Shown here piece by piece: positions 25,605 to 32,000 of a stretch of DNA of 32,000 nucleotides. The stretch is from Pseudomonas aeruginosa. Its GTDB lineage: Bacteria; Pseudomonadota; Gammaproteobacteria; Pseudomonadales; Pseudomonadaceae. The DNA lies in NCBI RefSeq assembly GCF_001457615.1, contig NZ_LN831024.1, positions 3,600,001 through 3,632,000 on the forward strand, read 5' to 3'. The notes under the pieces were generated by a model that made no database searches, was not told where the DNA came from, and saw only the letters and a program-made list of their open reading frames with translations. A program made the translations under genes and the position numbers. Every line of letters starts with the position of its first letter. Position 1 is the first letter of the stretch.

Positions 25605-26576
25605 CTACCAGCGCGGGGTCCGGGCGCGCACCGTGAGCGGCGCCTCCAGCGTGGCGCACTCCTCTTCGGCGAGGTCCAGCGTCAGCGCCGCGAGGGCATC
25701 CTCGAGGTGATGCGGCCTGGACAGGCCGACGATCGGCGCGGCGACACCGTTCCGGCCAAGCAGCCAGGCCAGGGCGAGTTGCGCCGGTGGAAGCCCGCGG
25801 GCAGCGGCGAGTTTCTCCAACGCGCCGAGGGTCGACTCGACTTCCTCCCTGCCGCCGTACCAGCGCGGGGCCTGTTCGTCCGTCCGGGTCCGCAGCGTGC
25901 CGGCGCTTCGCGCTCCGGCCAGCAGCCCACGCGCCAGCGGCGACCAGGGCGTCAACGCGATCCCCTCTTCCCGGCACAGCGGCACGAGGTCCTCCTCGTC
26001 CTCGCGAACGATCAGGTTGTACTGGCTCTGCATCGAGATGAATTGCGCCAGGCCGTGGTGGCGCTGGAAGGCGAGCATCTTCATGAAGCGCCAGGCCGGC
26101 ATCGACGAGGCGCCGAGGTAACGGACCTTGCCGGCACGCACCAGGCTGTCGAGGGTTTCGCAGGTTTCCTCGATCGGGGTTTCCGGATCGAAGCGATGGA
26201 TCACGAAGAGATCCAGGTAGTCCGTACCCAACCGCCGCAGCGAGGCATCCACGCTGGCAAGCAGATGCTTGCGCGACAAGCCGCAGGCGTTGGGCCTGTC
26301 GCTCATGGGAAAGAACGCCTTGGTGGCGATTACCAGGTCCTCGCGCTGCGCGAAGTCCCTGAGCGCGCGTCCGAGGATCCGCTCACTCTCGCCGGTGGAA
26401 TAGATATCGGCACTGTCGAAGAAGTCGATCCCGGCTTCCAGCGCCTCGCGAATGAACGGACGCGCCCGTTCCTCGTCCAGCACCCATGGACGCCACGCCG
26501 GATCGCCATAGGTCATGCACCCCAGGCAGAGTCGGGAGACTTTCAGGCCGCTGTTGCCAAGACGGACATGCTGCAT
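25605..26576 (-). CDS. Aldo/keto reductase family oxidoreductase
   Basis: 323 aa; MQHVRLGNSGLKVSRLCLGCMTYG, GIDFFDSADIYSTGESERILG, DYLDLFVIHRFD, GVAAPIVGLSRPHHLEDAL. Confidence 0.95.
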   Translation of the reverse strand: MQHVRLGNSGLKVSRLCLGCMTYGDPAWRPWVLDEERARPFIREALEAGIDFFDSADIYSTGESERILGRALRDFAQREDLVIATKAFFPMSDRPNACGLSRKHLLASVDASLRRLGTDYLDLFVIHRFDPETPIEETCETLDSLVRAGKVRYLGASSMPAWRFMKMLAFQRHHGLAQFISMQSQYNLIVREDEEDLVPLCREEGIALTPWSPLARGLLAGARSAGTLRTRTDEQAPRWYGGREEVESTLGALEKLAAARGLPPAQLALAWLLGRNGVAAPIVGLSRPHHLEDALAALTLDLAEEECATLEAPLTVRARTPRW

Positions 26577-26727
26577 CGTACGACCTCGTCGGAAGGCTCT
26601 GAAAAGAGCGGTTTCCCCGGCCCCACCCTGTTCATGAGCCAGGTTTCCCGACGATGCTATATTGCTGCCGAATAGCTAACTATCCTGGAAAAATCTCTTT
26701 CACTGATCGAGTTATTTTAATAATCCA

Positions 26728-27642
26728 ATGAAAAAGCCCGATCTCGCCGGTCTCGCCGCCTTCGTCGCCATCGCTCGCGAACGCAGTTTCCGCCGCGCCG
26801 CCGCCACCCTCGGCGTAACCCCGCCGACGCTCAGCCACACCCTGCGCGAACTGGAAACCCAGCTCGGTATCCGCCTGCTCAACCGCACCACTCGCAACGT
26901 CTCGCCGACCGAGGCCGGCGAGCACCTGCTGGCACACCTGGACCCGGCGTTCGAAGACATCGCCGCCGCGCTGGACAGCCTTAACCGCTTTCGGGAAACG
27001 CCTCACGGCCTGGTACGAATCAACGCACCGCGAAACGCCATCGGTCTCGTCCTCGCGCCACGTTTCGGCGAACTGGCCCGCGACTATCCCGGCATCACCC
27101 TGGAAGTGGTGGCGGACGAGGGTTTCGCCAATATCGTCGAAGCCGGTTTCGACGCCGGCATCCGCCTCGGCGAAGACCTCCAGCACGGCATGCGCGCCGT
27201 GCGGGTCGGCCCGGACCTGCGCTTGGCCATCGTCGCGACCCCGGCCTACTTCCGACGGCAAGGCAGGCCGGGTAGCCCGGAGGAATTGCTCGGCCACCGT
27301 TGCATCGGCTGGCGCAAGGTGTCTTCCGAAGAGCTGTACAAATGGCAATTCAGCAAGGGTGCGAAAACGCTTTCGGTGGCCGTGAGCGGACCGCTGGTCC
27401 TCGACGACCCGCGCCTGATGCTACAGGCGGCGCTGGCCGATGTCGGGATTGCCTTCGCCATCGAGGAGGAAGTCGCCGAGCACCTCGCCGCCGGCCGCCT
27501 GGAACGGGTCCTGGCGGATTGGTGCGCCCCCTTTCCCGGTTTCCATCTCTATTATCCGAACCGCCGCAACCACCCGGCGGCGTTGAGCGCCGTGATCGAC
27601 CTGCTGCGCTACCCCGGCGAGGAACACCCAGGTCCCGCGTAG
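26728..27642 (+). CDS. LysR-family transcriptional regulator
   Basis: 304 aa; MKKPDLAGLAAFVAIARERSFRRAAATLGVTPPTLSHTLRELETQLGIRLLNRTTRNVSPTEAG; C-terminal effector domain HRCIGWRK..., divergent from the aldo/keto reductase. Confidence 0.95.
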   Translation: MKKPDLAGLAAFVAIARERSFRRAAATLGVTPPTLSHTLRELETQLGIRLLNRTTRNVSPTEAGEHLLAHLDPAFEDIAAALDSLNRFRETPHGLVRINAPRNAIGLVLAPRFGELARDYPGITLEVVADEGFANIVEAGFDAGIRLGEDLQHGMRAVRVGPDLRLAIVATPAYFRRQGRPGSPEELLGHRCIGWRKVSSEELYKWQFSKGAKTLSVAVSGPLVLDDPRLMLQAALADVGIAFAIEEEVAEHLAAGRLERVLADWCAPFPGFHLYYPNRRNHPAALSAVIDLLRYPGEEHPGPA

Positions 27643-27711
27643 GCACATCGGCGGAAGCGCCCGTGGCGGCCTGGAGGCAAGCATGGAGGCTGGCCTGTAT
27701 CGACGCACGGC

Positions 27712-27913
27712 GTAGGGCGGATAACCGCCTCGCGGTTATCCGCCGAATCTCGGTATATCGGCGGATAGCGCCTGTGGCGCTATTCGCCCTACCAATGGCG
27801 GCTGAAGGCAAGGGCCTGTACCGCCGCGCGGCGTAGGGCGCATAACCGCATCGCGGTTATCCGCCGAACCTCGGCATATCGGCGGATAGCGCCCATGGCG
27901 CTATTCGCCCTAC
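27712..27913. repeat. Two 81-bp structured repeat copies (27712-27792 and 27833-27913), 121-bp period
   Basis: GTAGGGCGG/CATAACCGC..TCGCGGTTATCCGCCGAA.CTCGG.ATATCGGCGGATAGCGCC..TGGCGCTATTCGCCCTAC read twice with only a few mismatches; internal hairpins and GTAGGGCG/CGCCCTAC termini. Confidence 0.9.
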
Positions 27914-27983
27914 CCGTGGCGGCCTGGCTGGCAAGAACCAGGGGATACCGGGGTGGCGTCATCCGCCGCGGTACGCAACCACG

Positions 27984-28008
27984 AGAAAGCCGGCCCGAAG
28001 GCCGGCTC
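27984..28008 (-). terminator. Terminator for the fatty-acid oxidation operon
   Basis: AGCCGGCC-CGAA-GGCCGGCT perfect stem; minus strand continues TTTCTCGTGG. Confidence 0.75.
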
Positions 28009-28026
28009 TCCATGCGACGCCAGGAC

Positions 28027-30171
28027 TCAGAACAGCTCGCCCTTCGCCGCCTTCTCCAGCAACAGCGCCGGCGGCTCGAAGCGCTCGCCGTACTGTTCGA
28101 CCAGGTATTGGGCGCGGGCGATGAAGTCCTTCAGGCCGTACTGGTTGATGAACTGCAAGGCGCCCCCGCTCCAGGCGGCGAAACCGATACCGAAGATCGA
28201 GCCGATGTTCGCGTCGGCGGTGGAGTGCAATACCCCCTCCTCCACGCAACGCACGGTCTCGATGGCCTGGATGAACAGCAGGCGGTCGCGTACGTCCTCG
28301 GCGGATATTTGCGCATCGGGCTTCTCGAAGCGGCTCTTGAGTTCCGCCCAGAGATGTTTCCTGCCGTTCGCCGGGTAGTCGTAGAAGCCGGCGCCGGCCG
28401 CCTTGCCCGGGCGCTTGTACTCATTGACCATCAGGTCGATCACGGCGAACGCAGGGTGCGTCGGCAGAGCCTTGCCCTCGGCCTCGAGGTCGCGGGCGGT
28501 CTGGTTGCGGATGTGGGTCATCAGGCTCAGGGAGACTTCGTCGGAAATCGCCAGCGGCCCCACCGGCATACCGGCCTGGCGCGCCTGGTTGTCGATCATC
28601 GCGGCGCTCACGCCTTCGCCGAGCATGGCGATGCCTTCGTTGGTGAAGGTGCCGAATACCCGCGAGGTGAAGAAGCCGCGGCTGTCGTTGACCACGATCG
28701 GCGTTTTCTTGATCTGCAGCACGTAGTCGAAACCGCGCGCCAGGGTTTCGTCACTGGTCTTTTCGCCGCGGATGATCTCCACCAGCGGCATCTTGTCCAC
28801 CGGGCTGAAGAAGTGCAGGCCGATGAACTTCTCCGGCCGCGCCACCGCCTGGGCCAGACCGGTGATCGGCAGGGTCGAGGTATTGGACGCCACCACCGCA
28901 TCGGCCAGGGCATGCTTCTCGGCCTCGGCGGTGACCTTGCCTTTCAGCGCGCGGTCCTCGAAGACCGCCTCGATGATCAGGTCGCAGCCTTCGAAGTCGG
29001 CTTCGCTGACGCTCGGCACGATCCGCGCGAGGAAGGCGTCGCGCTTCTCGGCGGACAGGTGCCCGCGCGCAACTTTCTTGTCCAGCAGCCTGGCCGAATA
29101 AGCCTTGCCCTTCTCCGCCGCTTCCAGCGAGACGTCCTTGAGCACCACCTCGATGCCGGCCGCCGCCGATACGTAGGCGATGCCCGCGCCCATCATCCCG
29201 GCGCCGAGCACGCCGACCTTTTTCGTCGCCCGCACCGGATACCCCTGCGGCCGCGACTTGCCGGCGTTGATCTCGTTGAGCTGGAACCAGAAGGTGCCGA
29301 TCATGTTCTTCGCCACCTGGCCGGTGGTCAGCTCGGTGAAATAGCGCGCCTCGATCAGTTGCGCGGTGTCGAAATCGACCTGGGCGCCCTCCACCGCCGC
29401 GCACATGATCTTCTCGGGCGCCGGGAAGCAACCCTTGGTCTTGTCGCGCAGCACCGACGGTGCGATGGCCAGCATCTGCGCCACGTTGGGACTGGCAGGC
29501 GTACCGCCGGGAATCTTGTAGCCGGCGCTGTCCCAGGGCTGCTTCGCCGCCGGGTTGGCGAGGATCCAGGCGCGGGCCTTCTCCAGCATTTCCTCGGGGC
29601 TGTCGGCCAGTTCGTGGATCAGCCCGGCCTTGAGCGCTTCCGCCGGACGCACCTTCTTGCCTTCGGCGAGGTACGGCAGGGCTTTCTCCAGGCCAAGCAG
29701 GCGCACCATGCGCACGATCCCGCCGCCGCCCGGCAACAGGCCGAGAGTCACCTCCGGCAGGCCGAGCTGCACGCCGGGATTGTCCAGGGCGATGCGGTGG
29801 TGGCAGGCCAGGCAGATCTCCCAGCCGCCGCCCAGCGCAGCGCCGTTGATCGCGGCGACCACCGGCTTGCCGAGGGTCTCCAGGCGCCGCAGTTGGCCCT
29901 TGAGTTCGAGGATGCCCTGGTAGAAGGCCGGGGCGTCGGCCTTGGTGACCTTGATCAGCTCGTTGAGATCGCCGCCGGCGAAGAAGGTCTTCTTCGCCGA
30001 GGTCAGCACCACGCCGGCGATCCCCTCTTTCTCCGCCTCCAGCCGTGCGATGGTCTTCGCCATCGCCTCGCGGTAGACACCGTTCATGGTGTTGGCGCTC
30101 TGCCCGGGCATGTCCATGGTCAGGACGACGACGTTGTCCTGGCCTTTTTCGTAACGGATAGCGTCAGTCAT
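28027..30171 (-). CDS. Multifunctional enoyl-CoA hydratase / 3-hydroxyacyl-CoA dehydrogenase (FadB/FadJ-like)
   Basis: 714 aa; N-terminal crotonase (FFAGGDLNELIKV, AAINGAALGGGWEICLACHHRIA), Rossmann VGVLGAGMMGAGIAYVSAAAG, C-terminal HCDH VVNDSRGFFTSRVFG. Confidence 0.95.
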   Translation of the reverse strand: MTDAIRYEKGQDNVVVLTMDMPGQSANTMNGVYREAMAKTIARLEAEKEGIAGVVLTSAKKTFFAGGDLNELIKVTKADAPAFYQGILELKGQLRRLETLGKPVVAAINGAALGGGWEICLACHHRIALDNPGVQLGLPEVTLGLLPGGGGIVRMVRLLGLEKALPYLAEGKKVRPAEALKAGLIHELADSPEEMLEKARAWILANPAAKQPWDSAGYKIPGGTPASPNVAQMLAIAPSVLRDKTKGCFPAPEKIMCAAVEGAQVDFDTAQLIEARYFTELTTGQVAKNMIGTFWFQLNEINAGKSRPQGYPVRATKKVGVLGAGMMGAGIAYVSAAAGIEVVLKDVSLEAAEKGKAYSARLLDKKVARGHLSAEKRDAFLARIVPSVSEADFEGCDLIIEAVFEDRALKGKVTAEAEKHALADAVVASNTSTLPITGLAQAVARPEKFIGLHFFSPVDKMPLVEIIRGEKTSDETLARGFDYVLQIKKTPIVVNDSRGFFTSRVFGTFTNEGIAMLGEGVSAAMIDNQARQAGMPVGPLAISDEVSLSLMTHIRNQTARDLEAEGKALPTHPAFAVIDLMVNEYKRPGKAAGAGFYDYPANGRKHLWAELKSRFEKPDAQISAEDVRDRLLFIQAIETVRCVEEGVLHSTADANIGSIFGIGFAAWSGGALQFINQYGLKDFIARAQYLVEQYGERFEPPALLLEKAAKGELF

Positions 30172-30184
30172 TCCGGTTCTCCCT

Positions 30185-31390
<1,206 letters not shown>

Positions 31391-31821
31391 GGCGGTCTCT
31401 CTTATCCTGTTCTCGTCCGGCCGAGCGGGCCTCCGCCTACCTTAAACAGGCTCGCCGGCGGGACAATGACCGAACCGCTCAGGCTGATTGACCGCCCAGC
31501 TCAGCCTGCAACACCGGGAAGATAGCACCATGCCATCTTTCGACCGGAAACCCGGACACCGGACGAACGGTCGAGACGCACGCCAGAGCCGTCACCACGC
31601 TGTCATATAGAGGGAATATGTCTAGACCGCAGCAGCTTGTATCCAAGTGGTCTAAGCCCGCGCAGGCCGGGGCTTAGACTGATTCATGCAAGCGTTCGAA
31701 AGGGAGGTCGACGCCGGGGATGCCGGGCCGACCGAAGAGTACGCCACTGCGTGGCAAGCCGTTCCGCCGGGCCGTAGCGCGGAGCAGGCAGCCACCCGAC
31801 AACAAGAAAGGCAGACAGGCC

Positions 31822-31923
31822 ATGTTGAACGAGCAGCCAAAAAGATGGCGGCAAGCGAGCCTCATCGTCTTCGCCACCACAGTCATCCTGATCCTTCCCA
31901 ACCTTAACAGTCTGATCCGTTAG
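31822..31923 (+). CDS. Possible 33-aa single-TM small protein
   Basis: In-frame ATG within the supplied ORF gives MLNEQPKRWRQASLIVFATTVILILPNLNSLIR: basic N-terminus, one hydrophobic helix, stop TAG; purine-rich AAGAAAGG upstream. No homology support available. Confidence 0.35.
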   Translation: MLNEQPKRWRQASLIVFATTVILILPNLNSLIR

Positions 31924-32000
31924 GGCACCTGCTGCCTGCACGCTGCGCACCGCCTCGCGGTCAGCGCAGCGCAGGCAGCCACCAGGTCAGCAGCAGCGGA

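Noticed and set aside
27712-27913. Possible CRISPR array
   Set aside because: Only two or three long structured units, no short direct repeats with unique spacers, and no cas genes; better explained as a REP-like intergenic repeat.

Overview
This 32 kb window is a high-GC chromosomal segment. From gene content and order I recognise it as Pseudomonas aeruginosa, matching roughly PA1766 down to PA1736 of PAO1 (memory-based, not searched). Most of it is ordinary housekeeping or metabolic DNA: pabB, thrH, cysH, cysB, universal stress protein, ketopantoate-reductase-like protein, class I DAHP synthase, GNAT, enoyl-CoA hydratase, macrodomain protein, class I glutamine amidotransferase, glutaredoxin-like protein, beta-propeller protein, aldo/keto reductase with a divergent LysR regulator, and a thiolase / multifunctional fatty-acid oxidation pair. 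The part most likely to be a poorly described system is the left end (about 0.6-11.5 kb). It has five minus-strand genes with envelope or secretion features: a small secreted VTGQAGISI-type protein, a C39-like peptidase without an ABC transporter, an outer-membrane beta-barrel candidate, a FadL-family channel, and a MalM-like protein with an N-terminal triple YTWVD repeat. These sit downstream of two tandem, 2-nt-spaced MalT-type STAND/LuxR regulators. A RimK-like ATP-grasp ligase converges on the locus across a bidirectional terminator. A short, structured 121-bp-period intergenic repeat lies at about 27.7-27.9 kb. No CRISPR, rRNA, tRNA, transposon or prophage was recognised. Very long plus-strand ORFs opposite the real genes are treated as high-GC shadow ORFs.
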